Below are positions 1-10,578 of a stretch of 64,000 bases of DNA, piece by piece. Origin of the DNA: Candidatus Cloacimonadales bacterium (GTDB lineage: Bacteria > Cloacimonadota > Cloacimonadia > Cloacimonadales > JAFGVF01); contig OY762964.1 in the NCBI GenBank assembly GCA_963667035.1, forward strand, positions 2,336,001 to 2,400,000. Reading direction: 5' to 3'. The notes under the pieces were generated by a model, which was given only the letters and a program-made list of their open reading frames with translations, did not search any database and was not told the origin of the DNA. The first letter of the stretch is position 1; every line of letters begins with the position of its first letter. A program made the position numbers and the translations under genes.

Positions 1-44
1 AACTAAAAGTGCAGATCTGTCCCAAAATCAATGGAGGAAACAAA

Positions 45-521
45 ATGGATTACAAGATCAAAGAGATGCCTGAATTAAAGGTACTTGGTCTCAAACGAAA
101 GGTGAAGCACGATGGCTCTATCGGTAAACTCTGGAATGAGTTTACGGGAAGATTCTCCGAATTGGAACAATATAAGGATGCTCCACTAGTTGGAGTAGTT
201 CCGCATGATAAGCGATTCGAAGAAAGAGCTCCTAAAGCAGATGAGTCATTTTGGTATATGACAGGAGTAATAGTCCAAAATGTCGATAACATTCCAAAAG
301 GAATGGAGATTTATACAATCAAACCTGCTAAATATGCTATATTTACTTACACTGGTCCAATAGAGAACATGTGTAGTATCTTTAACTATATTTGTGTAGA
401 TTGGATAGAAAATGTCGAATATGAGTTTGCTCCTTTCGATGAAATCGAGTGGTATGATGAGAGATACAAACCGGAAGACCCTGAAAACTCTCAGATAGAT
501 ATGTATATACCAATTAGATAA
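45..521 (+). CDS. GyrI-like small-molecule-binding (AraC effector-binding) domain protein
   Basis: Motifs IGKLWNEF and IPKGMEIYTIKPAKYAIFTYTG, C-terminal IDMYIPI. GGAGG at 33-37 precedes the ATG at 45. Confidence 0.85.
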   Translation: MDYKIKEMPELKVLGLKRKVKHDGSIGKLWNEFTGRFSELEQYKDAPLVGVVPHDKRFEERAPKADESFWYMTGVIVQNVDNIPKGMEIYTIKPAKYAIFTYTGPIENMCSIFNYICVDWIENVEYEFAPFDEIEWYDERYKPEDPENSQIDMYIPIR

Positions 522-529
522 ACAAACCG

Positions 530-559
530 AGGGGGATAGGAGTATTCTTATCCCCCTTT
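530..559 (+). terminator. Intrinsic terminator-like hairpin
   Basis: AGGGGGATAGG-agtatt-CTTATCCCCCT followed by TT, just after the stop codon. Confidence 0.7.
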
Positions 560-645
560 ATAAACAGGTACTTCAATAATTTCGATTGACATATCAAAAA
601 GGTAGTAACTTTTGTTCTGTAATTAAAGATTAAATGGAGGCCGAA

Positions 646-1476
646 ATGGCAGAAGAACAAAAAGTTCCTACAGCTGAAGAGCGTGAACAACTTCTTAATG
701 ACAATCTTGCCAGAATTAAGAATAGTATAGTAGTAATTAGTGGAAAGGGTGGTGTTGGCAAAAGCACCGTATCTGTGAATCTCGCATACGGATTAGCCCT
801 TTCAGGTAAGAATGTTGGAATACTTGATGTAGATATTCATGGTCCTTCAATCGCTAAAATGGTTGGAGTCGAAGGGAATCCGATTCTTGCTCATCCCGAG
901 ACAGGTAAACCAATGCCTGTAAGAGTTCATGATAACTTACATGTAATGTCAATTGCATCTCTCATAGAAGACCAAGATGCTCCACTCATCTGGCGTGGAC
1001 CAATGAAGATGTCTGCTATCAAACAGTTTATGGAAGACATCCAGTGGCCTGCTCTTGACTATCTTATAGTTGACTGCCCTCCCGGAACCGGTGACGAACC
1101 ATTAAGCGTTGTGCAGTTGCTTAAGAAAGTTACAGGGTCAATCATTGTATCTACTCCACAGGATGTTGCTTTCCTTGATGCTAGAAAAACAATTAGATTC
1201 TCTCAGAGCTTGAATGTGCCAATCATTGGCTTAATTGAAAACATGAAAGAACTTATCTGTCCACATTGTGGCAAGCCTATCAACTTATTCTCCGGAGAAG
1301 GAGCCTCAAAGGCTATTATGGATTTCGAGATAGAACTTCTTGGTCAAATACCAATTGAAATTGATATTCCTACTTGCTCAGACAAAGGACGTCCATTCGT
1401 ATATGACATTGCTAAGAAACCGGCTGGTGAAGCAATGCAAAAGATTGTTGATAGAGTAATTGAAAAAACCAGTTAG
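646..1476 (+). CDS. mrp: Mrp/NBP35 (ApbC) Fe-S cluster carrier ATPase
   Basis: SGKGGVGKST, DVDIHGPS, WRGPM, DCPPGTGD, ENM..CPHC motifs. GGAGG at 636-640. Confidence 0.95.
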   Translation: MAEEQKVPTAEEREQLLNDNLARIKNSIVVISGKGGVGKSTVSVNLAYGLALSGKNVGILDVDIHGPSIAKMVGVEGNPILAHPETGKPMPVRVHDNLHVMSIASLIEDQDAPLIWRGPMKMSAIKQFMEDIQWPALDYLIVDCPPGTGDEPLSVVQLLKKVTGSIIVSTPQDVAFLDARKTIRFSQSLNVPIIGLIENMKELICPHCGKPINLFSGEGASKAIMDFEIELLGQIPIEIDIPTCSDKGRPFVYDIAKKPAGEAMQKIVDRVIEKTS

Positions 1477-1490
1477 TAATTAATATATCT

Positions 1491-1522
1491 AAAGACTGTC
1501 AGAATCCCTGACAGTCTTTTTT
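1491..1522. terminator. Bidirectional terminator between convergent genes
   Basis: AAAGACTGTCAG-aatcc-CTGACAGTCTTT followed by a T-run. Confidence 0.8.
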
Positions 1523-2033
1523 ATTTATCGTATAACTCACCCATCTTTAAAAGATGATAGCTAATCTTTAGAGCTGATTTACGAATCTGTTTATCATTAA
1601 CAATGAATGTGATGCGATTGTCTTCCCTGTAGAGATTAATCATGACACCCAGTTTAACAAAGTCTCTTCTATTACTAAGAGTCATTACATGATACTTCTC
1701 GGATAAATCAACAAGTTCCTTTACGCTACCCTCGTAATTCTTATCAATTATAATAATCTGGTAGTTATATAGACTATCTTTAGAAGGATTATAATCAACA
1801 GCTAAGGTTCTATGATAGAACAAATCATCCTCATATAGTTTTGTTAAATCTGACATAAAACCTGGCATCCCGAAGCAAGCTATCCTGAATTCTTTATTAA
1901 CATCCAATGATTCAGGCCATTCAACGAAATGAGTAATCTTTTCGATAATAATTGAAGATACGACATTGAAATCAGCTTCAGCCATTAAAAACAAAGGAAA
2001 GATAACAAGTAGTAATAAAAGTAAATACTTCAT
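1521..2033 (-). CDS. YfiR/HmsC-family (DUF4154) periplasmic protein
   Basis: Signal peptide MKYLLLLL..LMA, FVEWP motif, GVMINL..EDNRITFIVN...LKISYHLLKM C-terminus. Confidence 0.85.
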   Translation of the reverse strand: MKYLLLLLLVIFPLFLMAEADFNVVSSIIIEKITHFVEWPESLDVNKEFRIACFGMPGFMSDLTKLYEDDLFYHRTLAVDYNPSKDSLYNYQIIIIDKNYEGSVKELVDLSEKYHVMTLSNRRDFVKLGVMINLYREDNRITFIVNDKQIRKSALKISYHLLKMGELYDK

Positions 2034-2034
2034 A

Positions 2035-4302
2035 TTAAACCTTGATTGTAACTTCAAAAGCAATGTTTATCGGTTCTTTTATAAAACCAACTTGTCTAGG
2101 ATACTGTCGCATGTTACCATCTTCCCAATATTGGATGATGTAGCGAATTTGATTATAGGATATTATGTTGTCCACGTTGAACCTCAACGACAAATCCAAG
2201 CAGCTCACAGGGACAATCCACATTATACCCAGTCCACTTGTAAAAGACGGTTCTCCATATCCATGTTCTTCCAAATCATCAATTAAGGATTGCATACTAT
2301 CGATTAGGATAGGATCACCGATTCTATCATGAGCTTCTTTAAACACATCCAGCATCTCGTTTTGTTGATAATCAAAAGCAAATCTTCCATTGAAATGAAA
2401 ACTCAGATTATCATTTACAGTATAGTTATCAAAAAACTTAAACATATGCCGAGGTAGATTGTTTATTCTATTCTCGCCATAATTATCAATATACACTTTT
2501 GTTGTATCGAGTCCGGATACATAAGCTGAAATTAACTTGTGATTTTTCCAGTCTATTTGATCAACAAAAGAGTAATTTGCACCGAAAGAATGCTTTCTAT
2601 ACTTTAACCCAAAACGAGTATCAAACCCACAAAGAGAAAGCTCTCCTAAAACTCCGGGAGCATCTGTATCAGAATCCCATGCTACCTGATCAATGTTGTT
2701 GTAATACAAGTCAATTGAATAACTCATATTAGGATTTAACTGATTCCTATGGATTAGCTCAATGCCTTGTAGAACTTCATTATCAGCATTATTGTCTTTA
2801 TTATAGTCCGAAGAGAATAGATTCATGAATGTTGGTAATCTTACCGATTCCTGTCCTGTAAGAATAAAGGCACTCGTAGGAGTTGGAGAAGCAGAAAGAC
2901 TAATCCTATAACTATAAGCAGGGTCCGCATATTCATTGTTATCCATCCTTGCGGAAGGAATGAGTTTAAAAACATCACTTAGCTCATAGTATGCTTCTCC
3001 AAAGAAAGAATATGTAAAGCTATCAATCTTATCATCAAAGACTGTCGTTAGGTCCGGATAAAACTTATAGAATCCTGAATCCTTGTTATAAACCGCAAAT
3101 CCAATATCAGATTGGAACGACATAAGAAAGTCATCATCCGTATCCCCCCAAGCTTTATCATAGAACTCATACATTAGCTCAGTACCTACTGTAAAGGCAA
3201 AATTATGTCTAAGTTTCCAGTTTAAGCTTGATTTTAGATTAAATTCATTCTCACTAAAGTTGCTCTTCTGCTGAGAGATATGCTCTAATGGTAAGTTTGC
3301 TCCTTGCCATAAAACTGTTTCCTTGATTGAACTGCTATCAAATCCAAGCTTGGTATGGAGTGAAAGGTTTTTATGAGGTTTGAAACTATTGGAGAGCTCC
3401 AAACAGTAGTTCTTAAATCTGAAACCTCCCCATGCCACACCCTCACTACTTGAACCTGATTGAGTAGTAAGTGGGTAAGATATAGTAGTATATCTACTCC
3501 ATAAGTCAAAGTGTTTACTAAGGTGTAGGTCAACTTGTGCTTTGTATTCTTTCTCATCAAGATAGCTACTTAAGTACCGAGGAGCTTGTGATCCTGTTCC
3601 CATATCACCCCAGGATGAGGACATGAAACCCCAGCCATAGCCATGAGCTCTGTCGGTATACCAATATTTTGTATTGTCCATTCCTTCCGTAGTAGTATAA
3701 CTGGCATAGAAGTTTGAAGAGAAGTCTTTAGTACTTACAATCGATGCCCTATTAGTGGTGTAATTATAGTTGAAGTTAGTTGTATTCCCTACTGAACCTC
3801 CCGGAACATTGTCAGTTAAAGTAATAATATCTATAACACCGGCAATTGCTCCCGGACCGTGGGTTACTGATACCGGACCATGTATAACTCTTATCTCTTT
3901 AATATCTCCAAGATCTTTGTTCTGTAACTCGTGAATAGGTCCCCAAAGGTACTTAAGGTTTAAGTTCTTTCCATTAACCAGCAACAGATAAGAGTTATCT
4001 TGATCACCCAATAATCCCCTAAGCCCCATTCTTGGTCCCATAAAATGTTGAACATAAGTGAAACCGGGGACATATACTTCTAATAAATCAAGAACATTCC
4101 TTGCAGGAGTAGAACTAATCTGCTCTCTGGATATAACAGTGACATTGGAAGGTTCTATAATATCATCTATTTCATTGTATGTGCTTGATTTTACAGGAAT
4201 ATTAAGTAGAGATTCAAGACTAAGTTCCTTTAACAAATCGGTTCTTTCAGCAACAAGTGAGAAAGAGATACAAAGTATCAAAGCAACTATCAGATGTTTC
4301 AT
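2035..4302 (-). CDS. TonB-dependent receptor-like outer-membrane protein
   Basis: Signal peptide, LKELSLESLLNIPV N-terminus, plug motifs (NVTVISREQI, LLLVNG, EIRVIHGPVSVTHGPGAIAGVIDIIT), beta-barrel-like remainder. Confidence 0.88.
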   Translation of the reverse strand: MKHLIVALILCISFSLVAERTDLLKELSLESLLNIPVKSSTYNEIDDIIEPSNVTVISREQISSTPARNVLDLLEVYVPGFTYVQHFMGPRMGLRGLLGDQDNSYLLLVNGKNLNLKYLWGPIHELQNKDLGDIKEIRVIHGPVSVTHGPGAIAGVIDIITLTDNVPGGSVGNTTNFNYNYTTNRASIVSTKDFSSNFYASYTTTEGMDNTKYWYTDRAHGYGWGFMSSSWGDMGTGSQAPRYLSSYLDEKEYKAQVDLHLSKHFDLWSRYTTISYPLTTQSGSSSEGVAWGGFRFKNYCLELSNSFKPHKNLSLHTKLGFDSSSIKETVLWQGANLPLEHISQQKSNFSENEFNLKSSLNWKLRHNFAFTVGTELMYEFYDKAWGDTDDDFLMSFQSDIGFAVYNKDSGFYKFYPDLTTVFDDKIDSFTYSFFGEAYYELSDVFKLIPSARMDNNEYADPAYSYRISLSASPTPTSAFILTGQESVRLPTFMNLFSSDYNKDNNADNEVLQGIELIHRNQLNPNMSYSIDLYYNNIDQVAWDSDTDAPGVLGELSLCGFDTRFGLKYRKHSFGANYSFVDQIDWKNHKLISAYVSGLDTTKVYIDNYGENRINNLPRHMFKFFDNYTVNDNLSFHFNGRFAFDYQQNEMLDVFKEAHDRIGDPILIDSMQSLIDDLEEHGYGEPSFTSGLGIMWIVPVSCLDLSLRFNVDNIISYNQIRYIIQYWEDGNMRQYPRQVGFIKEPINIAFEVTIKV

Positions 4303-4304
4303 AC

Positions 4305-4742
4305 TCACCTCCGAGGAAGTCCTTTGTTCAATAGAAGCCAATACAAACCAATTGTTTTGGCTGCTTGAACGAATTGCTCAAAATCAATCGGCTTCTGAAT
4401 ATAACTGTTTGCTCCGAACTTATAGCTTTCAACCAAATCCCGTTCCTCTTGTGATGAAGTTAGAACAACAACAGGGATGTATTTGGTATGTTCGCATTTT
4501 CTCATCTCTTTCAGAACTTCCATTCCGTTGACTTTGGGGAGATTCAAATCAAGGAGTACTACTGCCGGAGGTGTTAACTCTTGACCTGAGTATTGCCCCT
4601 TACATAATAGATAGTTGAGTGCTTCTTCCCCATCAGTCACAACTACCATGTCATTCAGTATATTTTGTTTTTTAAAAGCTCTTTGCGTAAGCTCAATATC
4701 ATCAGGGTTATCCTCTACTAATAGTATTGTTTTTTTATTCAT
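4305..4742 (-). CDS. Single-domain response regulator (receiver)
   Basis: ILLVEDNPDD, LLDLNLPKVNG, VVVLTSS, GANSYIQKP. No output domain. Confidence 0.93.
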   Translation of the reverse strand: MNKKTILLVEDNPDDIELTQRAFKKQNILNDMVVVTDGEEALNYLLCKGQYSGQELTPPAVVLLDLNLPKVNGMEVLKEMRKCEHTKYIPVVVLTSSQEERDLVESYKFGANSYIQKPIDFEQFVQAAKTIGLYWLLLNKGLPRR

Positions 4743-6588
4743 CCTCTTCCTCCTTTGGTAACCAAAACATGAATTCTGCACCCTCTTCAACAGCTGCTTC
4801 CGCCCATATATTACCATTATGTTTTTTTACTATTCGGAAAACCGTTGCTAATCCGATACCCGTACCTTTATATTCAGTACCACCGTGGAGTCTTTGAAAC
4901 GGTACAAACAATTTATCATAGTATTGCATGCTAAAACCCGCTCCATTATCTTTCACTGATATAACTTCTTTATCTTTATACTGCCGACTACTGACTTTTA
5001 TGACTGGTCTCTCTGTTTTGGATGAATACTTCCATGCATTAGAAATCAGATTTGTGAGTAAAACTGTAATAAGTACTTCATCTCCAAATGCAGTCAAATT
5101 ATCTTCGATTTCAATCTCTACACTTCTCTCCGATGTATCAGACTGAAGCTCAGCTACAATATCCTTACTTATTCGAGTTATATCGACTTGTCTCTTAAAT
5201 AAAGTATGTCTAGATATTCTTGATAGCTTGAGAATATCATCTATGAGTCTGGACATCTTCATTGTTCCTTGACTTATACGATCTAAATAGTGAATTCCTT
5301 CTTCATCCAGAAGATGTTTCTTATCTTCAATCAAAGCGGATACAAAGCCGTGTATTCCTCTTAACGGAGCTCTCAAGTCATGTGAAACAGAATATGCAAA
5401 TGCCTCTAACTCCTTGTTCACTTCATTCAATTCGGCAGTTCTTTGTGAGATTTTGCTTTCAAGTTCCCTATTAAGTCTTTTTACTGCTTCACTTGTCTTT
5501 TTCTTCTCTGTAATGTCAGTATAGAGATAGAGTATACCTTGATCAATAGGACATCCAAGCACTTCCACTATTCTCATCTGCCCATCTTTTGAAGTGACAT
5601 GAACTTCATGTGGTTCAGTTGGACAATCATTTCGGATGGAATATTGCAAGTTCTCTTGAAATTTCGTCATAACTTCTTTTCTGTATTCGGCATCGGGATA
5701 AGCATTTTTAAACCAGTCATTAACATTCTTTATATCATCAAGTGTCCAACCGAATAGTCTAACAAACTCGGGATTAGTATACTCTACTTCCAAATCTTGA
5801 TTTACAACAGAAATAGCAATGGGATTACTATCTATAATAGATTGAAGATGCTTGCGATTCTGTAAGAGATTGTAATTCATACTTCGCTGTTCAATCTCTT
5901 TATTGGATATTGTCCTCAGAAGATAATTGATTGCTTCGTACAAATTAGAGATTTCTTTATACTCACCTAAGCCTGCAATTTGATTGTATTCACCACTCTC
6001 TGCAATTTCACTTGCTTTTGAAACAAGCTTCTCAATGGGACTTGTTATAGATTTCTGCAAGAGAAGGGCTATTAGGAAAGCCGCAAATAGTAAAACACTG
6101 AAAATTAGAAGGTTTATAAGAACAGTAACAAACAATTGTTTATTGATATTCTCTTGTGTAACGAAAAGCAGTATAGTCCCAATCCTCTCCTCTCTGAATG
6201 TAATCGGCTTTTCAATTCTTATCAATTTACCCGGTAATCCGTTTATTTCATTTTGAAGAGTAGGAACAGATTTATACTTGCACCATGGTTTCCCATATTC
6301 AGTGAAGAGAAGTCCATTTTTATCATATACACTAATATGTGCAACACTGGGAACAGGATCTGTTGATTGAAGAACCTCATTTACGCCTTGCACGTCGTTG
6401 AAGAATAAAGGAGATACACAGTTATTACTTAGAAACATAGCATGCATGCTTTGTTCATGGATAAGATTACTGTAGATTCTTGTTCTATCTCGGAAAAAAA
6501 AGAGTAGGGAATTTATTAGCAATACAAATAGAGCTAAGTACAGCATTAATATAATCAATCTCTTTTTAATAGTCGTTTTGTTAGCCAT
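4735..6588 (-). CDS. Membrane sensor histidine kinase (periplasmic sensor, HAMP, PAS, HisKA, HATPase)
   Basis: Two TM segments, H-box FAYSVSHDLRAPLR, N-box NLISNAWKYS, DNGAGF, GTGIGLA. Confidence 0.95.
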   Translation of the reverse strand: MANKTTIKKRLIILMLYLALFVLLINSLLFFFRDRTRIYSNLIHEQSMHAMFLSNNCVSPLFFNDVQGVNEVLQSTDPVPSVAHISVYDKNGLLFTEYGKPWCKYKSVPTLQNEINGLPGKLIRIEKPITFREERIGTILLFVTQENINKQLFVTVLINLLIFSVLLFAAFLIALLLQKSITSPIEKLVSKASEIAESGEYNQIAGLGEYKEISNLYEAINYLLRTISNKEIEQRSMNYNLLQNRKHLQSIIDSNPIAISVVNQDLEVEYTNPEFVRLFGWTLDDIKNVNDWFKNAYPDAEYRKEVMTKFQENLQYSIRNDCPTEPHEVHVTSKDGQMRIVEVLGCPIDQGILYLYTDITEKKKTSEAVKRLNRELESKISQRTAELNEVNKELEAFAYSVSHDLRAPLRGIHGFVSALIEDKKHLLDEEGIHYLDRISQGTMKMSRLIDDILKLSRISRHTLFKRQVDITRISKDIVAELQSDTSERSVEIEIEDNLTAFGDEVLITVLLTNLISNAWKYSSKTERPVIKVSSRQYKDKEVISVKDNGAGFSMQYYDKLFVPFQRLHGGTEYKGTGIGLATVFRIVKKHNGNIWAEAAVEEGAEFMFWLPKEEEDE

Positions 6589-6646
6589 ACACCTTCTCCG
6601 ATTTTTTGCAGTTATATAATTCCAGTGATTCGGATACCTAATCTAT

Positions 6647-6675
6647 AATATGATTAACTGTTAACTAATTGTCAA
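6647..6675 (-). promoter_or_regulatory. Putative sigma70-type promoter of the kinase operon
   Basis: Minus-strand TTGACA-17 nt-CATATT. Confidence 0.45.
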
Positions 6676-6701
6676 GATAATTGAACAAAAAACCAACTTA
6701 T

Positions 6702-6732
6702 AAAAAAAGGGGAACTGCTCAGTTCCCCTTTT
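6702..6732 (-). terminator. Terminator after rplS
   Basis: GGGGAACTG/CAGTTCCCC stem with 7 T on the minus strand. Confidence 0.85.
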
Positions 6733-6745
6733 CAAAATTAAGATA

Positions 6746-7096
6746 CTATTTGAAACGTCTTTTTTCTTTAACTTTAGCTCTTTTACCACGAGCGGTTCTG
6801 AGATAATAAAGCTTAGCTCTACGAACACGACCGTAACGAACTACTTCCATTTTATCAATAAGTGGTGAATGCATTGGAAATATTCTTTCCACTCCAACAC
6901 CATTAGAAACTTTTCTAACTGTGAAGCTTTTAGACATGCCTGCACCGCGTTTCTGAATCACGATTCCCTGGAAAATCTGAATACGCTCTTTACTTCCTTC
7001 TTTGATTTTGTAGTGTACTTTTACAGTATCACCAACACCAAAATCAGGTAAGTCTGTACGTATTTGATCTTTGGTAACCATTTGTAATAAATCCAT
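6746..7096 (-). CDS. rplS: 50S ribosomal protein L19
   Basis: [36 protein letters not shown]. Confidence 0.99.
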   Translation of the reverse strand: MDLLQMVTKDQIRTDLPDFGVGDTVKVHYKIKEGSKERIQIFQGIVIQKRGAGMSKSFTVRKVSNGVGVERIFPMHSPLIDKMEVVRYGRVRRAKLYYLRTARGKRAKVKEKRRFK

Positions 7097-7106
7097 TGTT
7101 ACTCCT

Positions 7107-7661
7107 TTATTCCTCGGAAGTTAATCTATCAAGAATAATAGCAACTGCACTTCTTACGGAAAGATGATTATAAACGCCTTTACCGTAAATAGGCTTCAGT
7201 ACCAAGTCCGACAAAGACATTATCTCGTCTGCCAAACCATTACCGGTACCAAATAACAGCAAAATAGGTTGCTCAAAACTTCTTTTTTTGAAGTCAGCAA
7301 TTGCAATCTGATTATTCATCTCTCTTGCTGTCGTCGCTACAACTACAGGATAAACTCCTTCCTGATTTTTTATACTCTCTTTCAAGTTCTGCACTGTGGT
7401 TGCATAATCTACAATGCTAATAGCCTCTACTCTATCAGAGTTATAATTCTTAGCTATAGCTGAACGCCAAAACTCAGTTATTGTATCTAATATCTGTTTC
7501 TGACCTTCATTGGGTGTTACAATATAGTATTTGTTAACACCATATGTCAAACATGATCTTGCAATATCATGGACATCAAGATTGGTAATTGATGTTGTTA
7601 CAACATCGTTAAACTTATTATATACGGGATAGTGAACCAATCCGAGATATAGTTTATTCAT
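7107..7661 (-). CDS. SPOUT RNA methyltransferase, TM1570-like family
   Basis: [46 protein letters not shown]. Overlaps the trmD stop. Confidence 0.9.
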   Translation of the reverse strand: MNKLYLGLVHYPVYNKFNDVVTTSITNLDVHDIARSCLTYGVNKYYIVTPNEGQKQILDTITEFWRSAIAKNYNSDRVEAISIVDYATTVQNLKESIKNQEGVYPVVVATTAREMNNQIAIADFKKRSFEQPILLLFGTGNGLADEIMSLSDLVLKPIYGKGVYNHLSVRSAVAIILDRLTSEE

Positions 7662-8331
7662 CCAGTAAATCCTTTCTTCTCTTAGCTGTAATTTCAAGGG
7701 CTTTTGATTTCCGCCAAGCTTCAATCTTCTTATGGTTACCTGATAATAATACTTCAGGAACCTTTAAACTCTCAAATTCCACAGGTCGTGTATAATACGG
7801 ATAACCGAGAAGTCCATTTTCAAATGAATCAGTATTAGCGGATTGAATATCCTTTAGTACACCTGATTGTAGTCTGGCACAAGCATCAATAAAACACATT
7901 GCAGGAAGTTCACCTCCAGAAAGCACATAATCACCTAAAGATATCTCATCTGTAACAAATAAATCTCTTATTCTCTGATCTATCTCTTTATAATGACCGC
8001 AAAGAATCATAACACTTTCTTCTTTTGCATACTCGCGGACAATTTCTTGTGTTAACTGTCTACCTTGTGGTGTAAAATATATCAAATGCTTTACCGGACG
8101 CTTTTGTCTAACAAAATCAACTGCTCTGTAAATCGGTTCCGGCTTAATTACCATTCCCGCTTCCCCACCATAAGGGTAATCATCTACCTGTCTGCTTTTT
8201 ACAAAAGTAAAATCTCTAAAGTCTGTTAAATAAACTTCCAGAGCATTCTGTTTTAATGCTTTTGCCACAATACTTGATTCAAGAAAGGAATGAAACATAT
8301 AAGGGAAAAGAGTTAATACTTCTATTCTCAT
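7654..8331 (-). CDS. trmD: tRNA (guanine37-N1)-methyltransferase
   Basis: VDDYPYGGEAGMV, CGHYKEIDQR, SLGDYVLSGGE, YTRP. Confidence 0.98.
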   Translation of the reverse strand: MRIEVLTLFPYMFHSFLESSIVAKALKQNALEVYLTDFRDFTFVKSRQVDDYPYGGEAGMVIKPEPIYRAVDFVRQKRPVKHLIYFTPQGRQLTQEIVREYAKEESVMILCGHYKEIDQRIRDLFVTDEISLGDYVLSGGELPAMCFIDACARLQSGVLKDIQSANTDSFENGLLGYPYYTRPVEFESLKVPEVLLSGNHKKIEAWRKSKALEITAKRRKDLLDE

Positions 8332-8843
8332 AATTTTAATAACTCTTCCACATCAACGAGATATATTGATTTCTCCTTGTGGTCTTTACGCACCACATAT
8401 TGTTCAACATCAGGAATTATAACCTCTTTACCATCATTTAAAATGACAATGAGTCTATCCTGAAATCCATCTTCCCATATCTCTTCAACTGTTCCTATCT
8501 CTTCACCCTTGAAAAAAACCTTGTAATCAGTTACACGATGGTATTCTTCATCACCTTCAGTTTGATAATATAACTCCTTCTCTATCATCAATCGAGGGCG
8601 TTTGAAACTCTCTAGTTCTTCAAGGATTCCATCCTCAACAAACCTGAGGTAAAACTTATTCTGATGTAACTTGATTTTATCAAGGGTTACGTAAAAAACT
8701 CTATCGCTATTAAAGATCAAATAAAACTTCTTACAAGAAAACAAGGCAGGTCGGAATAATTCAGAAGGTCTGAAGGAGATATAACCCGTGTTATTAAAAA
8801 CTTTTCCCAACCTGCCAATCGGCAATAAATCTGAAAGTTGCAT
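8328..8843 (-). CDS. rimM: 16S rRNA processing protein RimM (divergent)
   Basis: Position between khpA and trmD. C-terminal PRC barrel (IGTVEEI..QDRLIV..GKEVIIP). Confidence 0.88.
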   Translation of the reverse strand: MQLSDLLPIGRLGKVFNNTGYISFRPSELFRPALFSCKKFYLIFNSDRVFYVTLDKIKLHQNKFYLRFVEDGILEELESFKRPRLMIEKELYYQTEGDEEYHRVTDYKVFFKGEEIGTVEEIWEDGFQDRLIVILNDGKEVIIPDVEQYVVRKDHKEKSIYLVDVEELLKL

Positions 8844-9073
8844 TACTCGATAATCTCGAGCTCCGCCCTTTTTCCCTGCTTAGTGCTTACAGCATTTAAT
8901 ATTGTTCTGATAGCACTTGCAGTACGGCCTCGTTTTCCTATAATTTTACCAATATCACCTTTAGCTACCCTAAGTTCGAATAATGTTACCTTGTCTCCGG
9001 ATATCTCGGTAATATTCACTTCGCTAGGATCATCTACCAGTGCCATTACGACAAATTCAATGAGTTCCTTCAT
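8843..9073 (-). CDS. khpA: KH-domain RNA-binding protein KhpA/YlqC
   Basis: ALVDDP, DIGKIIGKRGRTASAIRT. Confidence 0.95.
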   Translation of the reverse strand: MKELIEFVVMALVDDPSEVNITEISGDKVTLFELRVAKGDIGKIIGKRGRTASAIRTILNAVSTKQGKRAELEIIE

Positions 9074-9094
9074 CCTCGTCTCCTTGCTTAATTA

Positions 9095-9391
9095 TTAATT
9101 CTCCTCTTGAGAATCAGTTTTAGCCATTGATAACTTTTCGTTATGCCATAACTCAAGTACGCCGGCTCTTCTAAGCAAAGATCTTACAGTTCCTGTAGGT
9201 TGTGCGCCGTTTCTAAGCCATTTCAGTGCCATTTCCTGGTCTATCTGAAATTTGAAAGGCTCTGGTTTGGGATCATACCAACCCAAAGATTCAATATACT
9301 TTCCGTCTCTTTTTACGCGTGCATCAACTGCTACAACACGATAAAACGGGGCATTACGGGCGCCCATTCTTCTCAGTCTGAGCTTTACCAT
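9095..9391 (-). CDS. rpsP: 30S ribosomal protein S16
   Basis: [34 protein letters not shown]. Confidence 0.99.
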   Translation of the reverse strand: MVKLRLRRMGARNAPFYRVVAVDARVKRDGKYIESLGWYDPKPEPFKFQIDQEMALKWLRNGAQPTGTVRSLLRRAGVLELWHNEKLSMAKTDSQEEN

Positions 9392-10058
9392 CTCATCTCC
9401 TTTCTTTATTCCATTTTAATTTTTTATATATAAATATATAGAATGACATAAAAACTGGAACCTCGCTACAGCGTCAAGACTTTTTTGTAACCCGCAAATT
9501 CTCAAACATTTGGAACTTAGATCTCTCCTTACCTCTTTCTTTATATACAATTAATATATGCGTATTATAGTTAATTATGTCAATCTTTTTTATTGTTCTT
9601 AATTCTTCTCAAGCCCTATTTATAGCTACTTAAGGCAATATTTCATACTTATGTTTATTACTCATCCTATACTAGCTCCCTGAAACTATAACCTCTAGAA
9701 AAGATAGTGATTTAATTGTTACCGGCAAGTGGTTTTTAATACCTTTTTTGAAATAGCTCTAAGGGTTAAATTGTTAGTTATAAGAAAGATTATTTACTTT
9801 TATATTTTTCTACATTTACCGATTTTTCGCTCATGTTCCATTAATCATTGTCTTCAACAATATATCTCTTTATCTTTTTTTGTGCTTAAGATTACTAAGG
9901 CACTTTTTATTGTGTGTTGGCATTCTAATCTTTTTCCATACAATGCGTTAATGATTTTCATGCCGTCTTTTAATCAATCTTCTTTTAACTTAACTGTAAG
10001 ACAGATTATATGTTGCATTAAATACCCTTATTTTTCCTATGACTATCATTGCTATTTC

Positions 10059-10479
10059 TTAATAACTAAGCGAAACCTTAGAGTCTCCTGGCAATCCTTG
10101 ATCAAAACCCGTTACAGTGAACAAGTGTGTAACGGAAAAGTCATCAGTAACGGAACAATCTTTATCATTAATTATGATAGAGTAAAGAAGAAATATAGAA
10201 AGCATCTTCTGTTCCATTGCAACATGAGAATCAGTTAACAAATACTCCTACGGATAAATCAAACAAAATAGATGCTCCTCCATTTACAATAAGTGTTTCT
10301 CCCTTCAGATACTACTTGAGTTATATCCACTATGAGAAGAGTTTGGTTTGATGATAGGACATCTTCAATAAGATATATACTCCGGATAGGATTCCACCCC
10401 ATATTATCGGATACAACAATTCCAAATTCACCCTCATTATTATTATACATATCAACATAATAGTTAAAGCTTTTATCAT
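10059..10479 (-). pseudogene. Possible degraded remnant of a secreted beta-helix-family gene
   Basis: SD GGAG plus ATG 10479 with a signal-like start (MIKALTIMLICII). Fragments in shifting frames (SDNMGWNP; GETLIVNGGASILF..VFVN*FSCCNGTED; PGDSK) resemble the N-termini of the proteins at 26-39 kb. Confidence 0.4.
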
Positions 10480-10578
10480 TTCTCCACTAATAAATACCTC
10501 TCCAATACATTGAGCCAATACTATCCGAACAATTGTATATTTATTAATTTTTGTTAATAAAATATTCGGCTTATGGTT

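Noticed and set aside
9729..10238. 169-aa plus-strand ORF
   Set aside because: Composition reflects AT-rich DNA, there is no SD or motif, and it overlaps the putative minus-strand remnant.
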